A stretch of 64,000 nucleotides of DNA from Phaeosaccion multiseriatum. Its lineage: Eukaryota; Protista; Ochrophyta, other classes. This document shows, one piece after another, positions 1 to 11,420 of the stretch. The notes below the pieces were generated by a model. It was not told the origin of the DNA, made no database searches, and was given only the letters and a program-made list of their open reading frames with translations. The DNA lies in NCBI GenBank assembly GCA_965112735.1, contig OZ218961.1, positions 3,038,001-3,102,000 of the forward strand, read 5' to 3'. The translations under genes were made by a program, and so were the position numbers. Numbering within the stretch: position 1 is the stretch's first letter; the number at the start of each line of letters is the position of its first letter.

Positions 1-1437
1 ACACAGGATCACACAGGGTAGAGGAGAGGAGAGGAGACGAGGAGAGGAAGGGCGAGAGCTTGAAGGCTCTGCTGTCCTGCGGCTCGTGGGAGGCGTCCGG
101 GGTGTAGGAGAGGAGAGAGTTTGAGAGTGAGGGGGACAGAGGCAGACAGAGGTAGACAGAGGTTGAGAAAACGAGAGAGGGGGGGAGGTGGAGGAGAGTT
201 GAAATTAATCTTCGTTTTGCATCAGCTGTCGCCGCACCGGTGTGTTTGTCGATATCACACCCCTAGCACCCCCCTTCTTTTTTTCTGCTTAAGACAGGGC
301 CACCATGGAAGGGGACGACAGGGGGGCCACGCGGCCCCCCGGAGCCCAGGAGACACCAGCAAACCTCACAGCAACCCAGCAGGAGCCACCTATGAGCCGC
401 GATCAGCAGCGGCTCGAAAGAAGGGAGAGACGGGCAGCGGCAGCAGCAATTCGCCAAACACCAGCACGGGAAGGCGTGCCCACCCCCATCACGGCTCCAC
501 CAGCGGCCGCAGCACCCCGCAACACCCTCCCGCAGGACCCACAGCTCCCACCAGCACTCACGGAACCCACAGCAACAGCAGCGGAAGCCCACCCCCAGCA
601 GCAGCAACCACAACCGATCTCAACGACACGGCAACAAACAGCACCAGCCGCCAGGAGATCTACCACGCCCGCCAGCGAGACAACAGGCCCTACAACAGCA
701 CCACCCCCCACAGCGACCAGCCCAGCACCCATGCAGCCAACCACGAGGCCAAGGGGACGAAGCAGGACCCCCCGAGCACGCAGCCCGGAAAGGCCAACCG
801 CCACTTTCCGAGCCTCAGATCCAGCCCAAACCACCAACGCGTCAACTCACAGAAACGCACACGGGATCACAGAGCAAATCGTCTCCATCCTCCAAGACGA
901 ATACGAAGACACCCACCTCACAGCCACGACCCCCATACGGCAACACCCGAACCTCTTCTTCAACGAACAAGCGCCAGCATCCGCCAGCCGACGCATCAGC
1001 GCTGAGTTCGCAAGCCTAAACCTCACCGCGACGGAACTGACCCACCACAACACGGCCGAGGCCATCGCCGACCTCGTACGACCACCCCCCACGACGCACG
1101 AGGAAGAGACAGCATCACTCGAAACAGACACGCATGGACACGCACCAACGACATGGAGCAACACCATACGCCACCAGCGCGACGCGGCGCTCCCGCCTAC
1201 CAACTCGCACTTCTATATGCCCCTCCTCAGACAAGCTCTAAGGAGCGGAGGCCCCCCCACCACCCCCGGAAGACCACATGGGGGAGGAGATTACCCCCTT
1301 GGATGGCAACAGATCGTAGAGGCCTATGCCCACACGCTCGCAGGCCAAGAGATCACCTCCAACGAGTTGGTCAACGACTACATCACCGCCTCACGACAGG
1401 AGGAACTCATCGCGGTATTACCCGACGTCCAAGCCAT

Positions 1438-3780
1438 TGTTAGAAGTCGTGCTTTTGCTAGACTGGTACCTACCCTCTGAATTCAGACCGGGAGGTACCA
1501 GTCTAGCAAAAGCACGACTTCTAACAAGCCCTAATGCTAGAAGTCGAACCCCCCCCCCCCCACCGCACATAGTGGAGAGAAGTAACTCGCAGTCTGGGAA
1601 TCAGACTAATGGGTGCCAGCCGGTACCAGTTTTCGCCGAAAAACACACTTTTTTCACAAGCTACAGCCAGGATTCGAACTCGCAATGGCCTTGTGTTAGA
1701 AGTCGTGCTTTTGCTAGACTGGTACCTCCCGGTCTGAATTCAGAGGGTAGGTACCAGTCTAGCAAAAGCACGACTTCTAACAAGGCCATTGCGAGTTCGA
1801 ATCCTGGCTGTAGCTTGTGAAAAAAGTGTGTTTTTCGGCGAAAACTGGTACCGGCTGGCACCCATTAGTCTGATTCCCAGACTGCGAGTTACTTCTCTCC
1901 ACTATGTGCGGTGGGGGGGGGGGGGTTCGACTTCTAGCATTAGGGCTTGTTAGAAGTCGTGCTTTTGCTAGACTGGTACCTACCCTCTGAAATTTGTTAC
2001 GATATAAGGCATCCCAATATGCCTTCAGTATTATCCAAACGAAAATTTTTTTTTTCGTTTGGATAATACTGAAGGCATATTGGGATGCCTTATATCGTAA
2101 CACACAAAAGGTGGGTTCCTTGAGCCCTAAACCTTCGCACCGGGGGGTTGGCGCTACCGACACGTTCGTCCCTAAATACTGTCCCTTTGTTTATCCCACC
2201 AGTTTTCACGTGCTTTTTTCAACAGGGTACGACCCTCTGGTATCTCCTTGGGAACCCCCCTCGGGAAACATCATATTATTTTTTCCTCTTTCCTCAGGTA
2301 GGACTCGAACCCCTCTTTTGTTACGATATAAGGCATCCCAATATGCCTTCAGTATTATCCAAACGGCCCCGCGTTTGGATAATACTGAAGGCATATTGGG
2401 ATGCCTTATATCGTAACAAAAGGTGGGTTCCTTGAGCCCTACACCTTCGCACCGGGGGGTTGGCGCTACCGACACGTTCGTCCCTAAATACTGTCCCTTT
2501 GTTTATCCCACCAGTTTTCACGTGCTTTTTTCAACAGGGTACGACCCTCTGGTATCTCCTTGGGAACCCCCCTCGGGAAACATCATATTATTTTTTTTTC
2601 CTCTTTCCTCAGGTAGGACTCGAACCCCTCTTTTGTTACGATATAAGGCATCCCCATATGCCTTCAGTATTATCCAAACGGTTTGGATAATACTGAAGGC
2701 ATATGGGGATGCCTTATATCGTAACAAAAGGTGGGTTCCTTGAGCCCTACACCTTCGCACCGGGGGGTTGGCGCTACCGACACGTTCGTCCCTAAATACT
2801 GTCCCTTTGTTTATCCCACCAGTTTTCACGTGCTTTTTTCAACAGGGTACGACCCTCTGGTATCTCCTTGGGAACCCCCCTCGGGAAACATCATATTATT
2901 TTTTTTTCTCTTTCCTCAGGTAGGACTCGAACCCCTCTTTTGTTACGATATAAGGCATCCCAATATGCCTTCAGTATTATCCAAACGCGATATAAGGCAT
3001 CCCAATATGCCTTCAGTATCATCCAAACGTTTGGATAATACTGAAGGCATATTGGGATGCCTTATATCGTAACAAAAGGTGGGTTCCTTGAGCCCTACAC
3101 CTTCGCACCGGGGGGTTGGCGCTACCGACACGTTCGTCCCTAAATACTGTCCCTTTGTTTATCCCACCAGTTTTCACGTGCTTTTTTCAACAGGGTACGA
3201 CCCTCTGGTATCTCCTTGGGAACCCCCCTCGGGAAACATCATATTATTTTTTTTCCTCTTTCCTCAGGTAGGACTCGAACCCCTCTTTTGTTACGATATA
3301 AGGCATCCCAATATGCCTTCAGTATTATCCAAACGCCCGTTTGGATAATACTGAAGGCATATTGGGATGCCTTATATCGTAACAAATATTCAGAGGGTAG
3401 GTACCAGTCTAGCAAAAGCACGACTTCTAACAAGCCCTAATGCTAGAAGTCGAACCCCCCCCCCCCCACCGCACATAGATTCAGACCGGGAGGTACCAGT
3501 CTAGCAAAAGCACGACTTCTAACACAAGGCCATTGCGAGTTCGAATCCTGGCTGTAGCTTGTGAAAAAAGTGTGTTTTTCGGCGAAAACTGGTACCGGCT
3601 GGCACCCATTAGTCTGATTCCCAGACTGCGAGTTACTTCTCTCCACTATGTGCGGTGGGGGGGGGGGGGTTCGACTTCTAGCATTAGGGCTTGTTAGAAG
3701 TCGTGCTTTTGCTAGACTGGTACCTCCCGGTCTGAATTCAGAGGGTAGGTACCAGTCTAGCAAAAGCACGACTTCTAACA
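1438..3780. mobile_element. Non-coding foldback/hairpin element with TGT...ACA ends, ~300-bp terminal inverted repeats and 4-bp TSD CCAT
   Basis: CCAT at 1434-1437 and 3781-3784. Ends are TGTTAGAAGTCG...CGACTTCTAACA. 1438-~1738 is the reverse complement of ~3479-3780. Built from an 89-bp palindrome and a ~167-bp core. Confidence 0.85.
1995..3384. repeat. Tandem array of 5 hairpins (46-bp arms, TGTTACG...CGTAACA) alternating with 4 copies of a ~215-bp core, sitting at a hairpin apex of the outer element
   Basis: Hairpins at 1995-2102, 2319-2418, 2634-2726, 2941-3074 and 3289-3384. Cores are near identical and head-to-tail. Confidence 0.85.
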
Positions 3781-6700
3781 CCATCGTTGAGCGCTACGGC
3801 CACGCCCTACGCGACCACACCAACAACACCACCACCTCCCCCTTCGCCAACACCATGGCCACACCGTGGTGGGCGCCGGGGCAAGCCCTCGCCTTACGCA
3901 CGAGGCAGGCCCCCCGGGGAACCGCACCAGGACCGCCACCACCCCCCGCCCAAAGCGACGCAACCACACCCAGCCCACCAACACCGGAGGACAACCCCAC
4001 CAACGCCCGAGTGTACCGAAGACACCCCGACAATGGAAACATTCAAGGGGGCATCCTCTGCAACTTTGGCGAATGCCACGACACTTTCGTCACGGTAGGC
4101 AACACCAGAGACCGCCTCATCAGGCACCAGTCGAGCCACCACCCGAACCGCGGCAGAGAGTGGGACCGATGGATGCGCGAACACCACCCCCAGGCCGCGT
4201 CAATCCTGTGGTACCGCACCAACGGCCCACAGAGCGGACCACAGAATAATACGTACCAGCTCCGGGACTGCACAAGTGGATGCGGCAACCTGGCCCACCG
4301 AAACTCCGGCAGATCCTTCCTTACCCGCTTCCCGCAATCAGGCCTACGACAACCCCTATGCAACGCCTGCATACGAGCACACGAAGCCGCAAGCCTACCA
4401 GCACCACCAACCATCCAACGAGCTCGAAGCATGCCCCCACCGACAAGAGCAGGTGGGACAGACACTACACGAGAGCACGACCAGGAGGGAGGAGGGAGAG
4501 GAGAGCGAACGGGACACAGGGCAGGGGGACGAGGAGACCGCGAAGGAAGAGTAGTAGCAGGGGGGGAAGAGGGCGAACACAGCAGAGGCGGAGGAGAGCG
4601 CCCAGCACTGGCACGGGAAGCAGCGGCAGAAGGAGGGGAAGGGCAAGCAGCGGGAGGAGGTGACGAAGGAGAAGGAGGAGGCGACCCCACCAACAACGAG
4701 GAGCTACCCAACTGCCCGGTGTGTATGGAACCGCTCACTGGCCAAGCACAAGTCGCCATGCACGAAGACGAACATCACGTGCACAACCACTGCGCATTGG
4801 GAGTCATGAGCAGGTACCCCAACCGCAACGACCACCTCTGCCCCTACTGCCGCAACCCCTGCTACCGGCACACGATCGAGCAGGCCATCACAGCACAAGG
4901 AGGGAGAGCTATGGGCCGCGCAAGGGATCGCCTAGCGAGGGAGCGCAGAGAGTCGCATCAGCAGCACGCGCAGGCCAGCCAAGGGCGACGCCGCCAGTCC
5001 CAGCCACCCCCCACCACCCGACACACACCCCCACCCCAACCTACCGCCCCCCCAGCCCCGATATGCTGCATATGCATGTCAGACGCGGACCCCCCTTTCA
5101 TCGCACCAACCACGGAGTGGCCAGTACGCACCCGACGCTGCCAACACACCGTTCACCCCGCGTGCCTCCTTCACCACCTGAACGACCAAGCCACACTGAG
5201 GAGAGCCAACCAGCAGCCCGTCATACCACCAGGCAACCTCCCCTGCCCCGCGCAAGGCTGCATGGCTGGCTACCAAGCTCAACGAGCCATCCCCGCCCTC
5301 AGGACCATCCTCACCCAAGGCAACGCAGCATCGGCCTACCAAGGCCCCCTCAACGACCTCGAGAACGCCTATCTAGGCCCAGACCCAAACGAGGACCCGT
5401 CGCGTACGGCAACGCCCCAGCACACGACAGCAACGGCCAGGCTCAACCCGTACCAACCCACCACCCCCACGGGCAGAGGAGGAGGGCGAGGGCACGCGGA
5501 AGAAGGAGGAGGAGGAGGAGGAGGCGCAATCGCAGCAGCGCCAAGTGGAGTAGAAGGAGGAAGAGGAGGACGAGGGAGGGGGGAAGGAAACGGACAAGGA
5601 GCAGCAGCAGAGAGGGGACCTCAGAGAGAAAGGGCAGGGGGAGATAGCACACGCACGCAAGGAACCACAGCAGCAGCAGCGAGACGAGGGGGAGGAGGAC
5701 GGAGCAGAGGCCAAGGAGGTAGCGGCGGGGACGGAGGGGACGGAGAAGGGCCAGCCAACGACGATACACCCGAGGAAGGATGGCACATGCAGCACCCAAA
5801 CGTCCTCCGCCTAGGGGCCCTGGACCCGCAGGGTACCATCCTCTCAACACTCGTGTTTGAGACAGTAGCGCAGTGCAACCCCCGCCACGTCAGCTCGATT
5901 ATCAGCTTACAGCAAAGAGCGCTCAACAACTGGAACAGGGCGCTGAGGGCCCACAAGAACGGCCCCACCGACGCCACCCTCCACACCCTTCTGGCATGGG
6001 ATGTCTTCCACCACCTCCTCCCTGCCATGCTCTTCTCTAAAGACGGAGCCTACAGCCGCCAGCAGCGGATACAGATGGTCCTCGACCTCGACATCGCCCC
6101 ACTCGCACAAGCAGCGATAGCCACAGCACACGCACGCCGCCCACCACCCCCAGCACAGGCACAGACAGAGGAGCGACGGAGAGAAACCTGCGCCCACCTG
6201 CTCACCAAACCCGGAGGCCTGCACAAGGCCGCCGCGAGGCTCAGCACAAAGAGCAGAGACGGCCACCTCCCTCCCACACACGAGACCTTTAGACGCCTCC
6301 AGCAAGCGCACGTCGACGAGAGCCTCGAAGAGATCAACACAGCAGCAGCAGCAGCCAGGGAGTACGCCAGAACCCAGGTGCAGGAGCACCCCGAGAATGG
6401 CAACGACGTCACCAGAGAGGAGATCAGCACAGCCATGCTGCTGACCTACCGGAGGGTCAACTTCTGGAAGGGCCAAGGAGCAGACGGGCGCAGGGCGAGC
6501 CACGTCAAGTACCCCCGGACAGCCCCCAGGAGTACGCAATCGTGGAGGCTCTGACTGACACCTACGAGCTGCTCCGAACGGGGGACACTCCACTGCCTCC
6601 ACAGCTCGCCAAACGGTGGTTCAGCACCAGCGCCGCAGCCCTCGGCGAGAAAGCGCGTCCTGTGACATCCCCCAACCTCTACCGCAGCCTCGTGGAGAGC

Positions 6701-8089
6701 TGTCACATGAAGCTCATCGCGGACAGGGTGGGCCCAGAGCTCAGAAGCGCAGGACAGCTAGCGGTAGCGGTCAGAGGCGGAGGGGAAACACACGCCGCAG
6801 CAGCCCAGCTAGCGCACGATGCCGGCAAAACCGTCGTGCTGCATGACATCACCAAGGCCTACACCCGCGTGTCGCGTGCCAGAGGCGTCCTAGCCTCAGG
6901 AGCACTCCCTACCATCGACCCAGCAGGCATCAACTACGCCATCGCCAGCCTCTCCCACGCCTCCGCCCACAACGCCCTCACACCAGACGGCACCCAGACC
7001 ATCCACCAGAGCTCCGGAGTCAACCAAGGAGCACCAGAAGGGCCTCTCATGTTCGCAGCCGCCATCCACCCAGTGCTGAAAGTTCAGAACACAGCCGACA
7101 CCGCAGCGAACCGCCCCACCATCTCCGCCTACGCAGACGACCTCATGGACCAGCTGGAACCCGACGCACCCCTAGAGACCTACGCCCCACGACATGCCCA
7201 TCTCCAAGCCCAATTCCGAGGCTTGGGCCTCGAGTTCAACGAGAGGAAAACGGTTTACCTCATGGGCAAAGGCAAGCAGCCAACACAGGCTGACAGGGAC
7301 CACGCCCAACGGCAGGGCGCCACACTAGCCACCGAGGGTACCGTGGTAGCCGGCATCCCCGTCGGCACGGAGGAGTACATCGAAGAGTACCTCCGCAACA
7401 TCCTCGGCCAAGAAGACCCCAGGGGCTACCTCCAACTCGCCAAACTGTAAAGAGTCACGTTGCTCTCCACCTAGGATAGGAGTAGCCGCATGGACAAGGT
7501 AATAGCAACCCCAAAGCCAGCCTGGCAGCCAGCCTTGTCTCTATTAGCTTTATCCGTGAGCCATCCTAAACGACCAACCTGCTGGGAGGTGAGTGAGAAA
7601 CGGGCCACGCACCGTTTCTCATCGTATTTGCCTGGGCCTGGGCCATTGACATAATACTGACTTTCAACATCCCCGTCAGCCATCCCTGCACTTCTAACAT
7701 CCCCCTGAACTAAACTATTGCGTGTCCCCACGCAACTCAAAGCGGGTTCGCCTACTAAAGCTCGACTTGTAGCAAAAGCCTCCATGTTGCTTCCAATAAA
7801 AACGGATGAGAAATATGCAAAACTCACCCAGGTGTGTGCGACCGCTCCTCCAACACACACCCCCCTGTATTGGTGAGAAGACCCCACGACTCAAACTCAC
7901 CCACACAGGCTCACGGATGAGAACATCCCATGACTCAAACTCACCCGCGCAATTCTCTATCTCCACTCCTACTCGCCACCAGCGTTGCCAAAGCCTCGTT
8001 GCGCACCACTAATGCTGACTGCTCAAGTGTTTACTGGTGTGCCTACAAGGCACCCAGACAGTCCCTAAAGCAGCCTTGCGAGTATCCTT

Positions 8090-8885
8090 CTCTGTCTCCC
8101 GCCAAGCTCCGTGCAACAGCAACAGCCGCGCTGCTGCCACACTCGAAAGCCGTGACCGCTGTAGGGCACCGCTCTCGGCAATTCTCTATGTCCACTGCCC
8201 ACCAAGCTCCAGCAGCAATTTCCGTGTAACAGCAACATCCGCGCTGCTGCCACACTCGAAAGCTATGCCCGCTGTAAGGCACCGCTCCCGGCAATTCTCT
8301 ATCTCCACTGCCCACCAAGCTCCAGCAGCAATTTCCGTGTAACAGCAACATCCGTGCTGCTGCCACACTCGAAAGCCATGCCCGCTGTAAGGCACCGCTC
8401 CCGGCAATTCTCTATCTCCACTGCCCACCAAGCTCCAGCAGCAATTTCCGCGTAAGAGCAACATCCGTGCAGCTGCCACACTCGAAAGCCATGCCCGCTG
8501 TAAGGCACCGCTCCCGGCAATTCTCTATCTCCACTGCCCACCAAGCTCCAGCAGCAATTTCCGTGTAACAGCAACATCCGTGCTGCTGCCACACTCGAAA
8601 GCCATGCCCGCTGTAAGGCACCACTCCCGGCAGTTCTCTGTCTCCTCCGCCCACCAAGCTCCAGCAGCAATTTCCGTGCAACAGCAACATCCGTGCAGCT
8701 GCCACACTCGAAAGCCATGCCCGCTGTCTAAGGCACCACTCCCGGCAGTTCTCTGTCTCCACTGCCCACCAAGCTCCAGCAGCAATTTCCGTGCAACAGC
8801 AACATCCGTGCTGCTGCCACACTCGAAAGCCGTGCCCGCTGTAAGGCACCGCTCCCGGCAAACTCAAAGCTACCGAGCTGCTGCC
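8090..8885. repeat. 113-bp tandem repeat, ~7 copies, inside the first internal domain of the LTR element
   Basis: The motif CCACACTCGAAAG recurs at ~113-bp intervals (8137, 8250, 8363, 8476, 8589, 8702, 8817). Confidence 0.92.
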
Positions 8886-9579
8886 TGAGCCTCTTGGCCA
8901 AGGTCAGCTGCCTTCGGGATTCTTTGGGGTTGTAAAGAGTCACGTTGCTCTCCACCTAGGATAGGAGTAGCCGCATGGATAAGGTAATAGCAACCCCAAA
9001 GCCAGCCTGGCAGCCAGCCTTGTCTCTATTAGCTTTATCCGTGAGCCATCCTAAACGACCAACCTGCTGGGAGGTGAGTGAGAAACGGGCCGTCCGTGGC
9101 CCGTTTCTCACCGTATTTGCCTGGGCCTGGGCCACATTGACATAATACTGACTTTCAACATCCCCGTCAGCCATCCCTGCACTTCTAACATCCCCCTGAA
9201 CTAAACTATTGCGTGTCCCCACGCAACTCAAAGCGGGTTCGCCTACTAAAGCTCGACTTGTAGCAAAAGCCTCCATGTTGCTTCCAATAAAAACGGATGA
9301 GAAATATGCAAAACTCACCCAGGTGTGTGCGACCGCTCCTCCAACACACACCCTCCTGTATTGGTGAGAAAACCCCACGACTCAAACTCACCCACACAGG
9401 CTCACGGATGAGAACATCCCATGACTCAAACTCACCCGCGCAATTCTCTATCTCCACTCCTACTCGCCACCAGCGTTGCCAAAGCCTCGTTGCGCACCAC
9501 TAATGCTGACTGCTCAAGTGTTTACTGGTGTGCCTACAAGGCACCCAGACAGTCCCTAAAGCAGCCTTGCGAGTATCCT

Positions 9580-11420
9580 TCTCTGTCTCCCGCCAAGCTC
9601 CGTGCAACAGCAACAGCCGCGCTGCTGCCACACTCGAAAGCCGTGCCCGCTGTAGGGCACCGCTCTCGGCAATTCTCTATCTCCACGGCCCACCAAGCTC
9701 CAGCAGCAATTTCCGTGCAACAGCAACATCCGTGCTGCTGCCACACTCGAAAGCCATGCCCGCTGACTAAGGCACCGCTCCCGGCAATTCTCTATCTCCA
9801 CGGCCCATCAAGCTCCAGCAGCAATTTCCGTGCAACAGCAACATCCGTGCTGCTGCCACACTCGAAAGCCGTGCCCGCTGTAAGGCACCGCTCCCGGCAA
9901 TTCTCTATCTCCACGGCCCACCAAGCTCCAGCAGCAATTTCCGTGTAACAGCAACATCCGTGCTGCTGCCACACTCGAAAGCCATGCCCGCTGTAAGGCA
10001 CCGCTCCCGGCAATTCTCCATCTCCACTGCCCACCAAGCTCCAGCAGCAATTTCCGTGTAACAGCAACATCCGTGCTGCTGCCACACTCGAAAGCCGTGC
10101 CCGCTGTAAGGCACCGCTCCCGGCAATTCTCTATCTCCACGGCCCACCAAGCTCCAGCAGCAATTTCCGTGTAACAGCAACATCCGTGCTGCTGCCACAC
10201 TCGAAAGCCATGCCCGCTGTAAGGCACCGCTCCCGGCAATTCTCCATCTCCACTGCCCACCAAGCTCCAGCAGCAATTTCCGTGTAACAGCAACATCCGT
10301 ACTGCTGCCACACTCGAAAGCCATGCCCGCTGTAAGGCACCGCTCCCGGCAAACTCAAAGCTACCGAGCTGCTGCCAATTCTCTATCTCCACGGCCCACC
10401 AAGCTCCAGCAGCAATTTCCGTGTAACAGCAACATCCGTGCTGCTGCCACACTCGAAAGCCATGCCCGCTGTAAGGCACCGCTCCCGGCAATTCTCCATC
10501 TCCACTGCCCACCAAGCTCCAGCAGCAATTTCCGTGTAACAGCAACATCCGTGCTGCTGCCACACTCGAAAAGCCGTGCCCGCTGTAAGGCACCGCTCCC
10601 GGCAATTCTCTATCTCCACGGCCCACCAAGCTCCAGCAGCAATTTCCGTGTAACAGCAACATCCGTGCTGCTGCCACACTCGAAAAGCCGTGCCCGCTGT
10701 AAGGCACCGCTCCCGGCAATTCTCTATCTCCACGGCCCACCAAGCTCCAGCAGCAATTTCCGTGTAACAGCAACATCCGTGCTGCTGCCACACTCGAAAG
10801 CCATGCCCGCTGTAAGGCACCACTCCCGGCAATTCTCTATCTCCACGGCCCATCAAGCTCCAGCAGCAATTTCCGTGCAACAGCAACATCCGTGCTGCTG
10901 CCACACTCGAAAGCCGTGCCCGCTGTAAGGCACCGCTCCCGGCAATTCTCTATCTCCACGGCCCACCAAGCTCCAGCAGCAATTTCCGTGTAACAGCAAC
11001 ATCCGTGCAGCTGCCACACTCGAAAGCCATGCCCGCTGTAAGGCACCGCTCCCGGCAATTCTCCATCTCCACTGCCCACCAAGCTCCAGCAGCAATTTCC
11101 GTGTAACAGCAACATCCGTGCTGCTGCCACACTCGAAAGCCGTGCCCGCTGTAAGGCACCGCTCCCGGCAATTCTCTATCTCCACGGCCCACCAAGCTCC
11201 AGCAGCAATTTCCGTGTAACAGCAACATCCGTGCTGCTGCCACACTCGAAAGCCATGCCCGCTGTAAGGCACCGCTCCCGGCAATTCTCCATCTCCACTG
11301 CCCACCAAGCTCCAGCAGCAATTTCCGTGTAACAGCAACATCCGTACTGCTGCCACACTCGAAAGCCATGCCCGCTGTAAGGCACCGCTCCCGGCAAACT
11401 CAAAGCTACCGAGCTGCTGC
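9580..11420. repeat. 113-bp tandem repeat, ~16 copies, inside the second internal domain of the LTR element
   Basis: Same unit as 8090-8885. The array-terminal sequence AAACTCAAAGCTACCGAGCTGCTGCC also occurs internally at ~10351. Confidence 0.92.

Noticed and set aside
1-246. Possible exon/intron of a gene running off the left edge
   Set aside because: GA-rich and too short to assign a frame or product.
1740-1815. Functional tRNA gene
   Set aside because: A B-box is present, but the anticodon, T and acceptor stems do not pair.
1995-3384. CRISPR-like repeat/spacer array
   Set aside because: The intervening cores are identical rather than unique, the units are far too long, there are no cas genes, and the context is eukaryotic.
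1326-3784. Short ORFs within the palindromic insertion
   Set aside because: They appear mirrored on both strands because of the palindromes and show no transposase or integrase motifs.
6505-6545. Programmed ribosomal frameshift between ORF 3648-6554 and the RT ORF
   Set aside because: There is no clear slippery heptamer, and the shift falls inside the conserved pre-RT region at a C-run. A mutation or homopolymer sequencing error is more likely.
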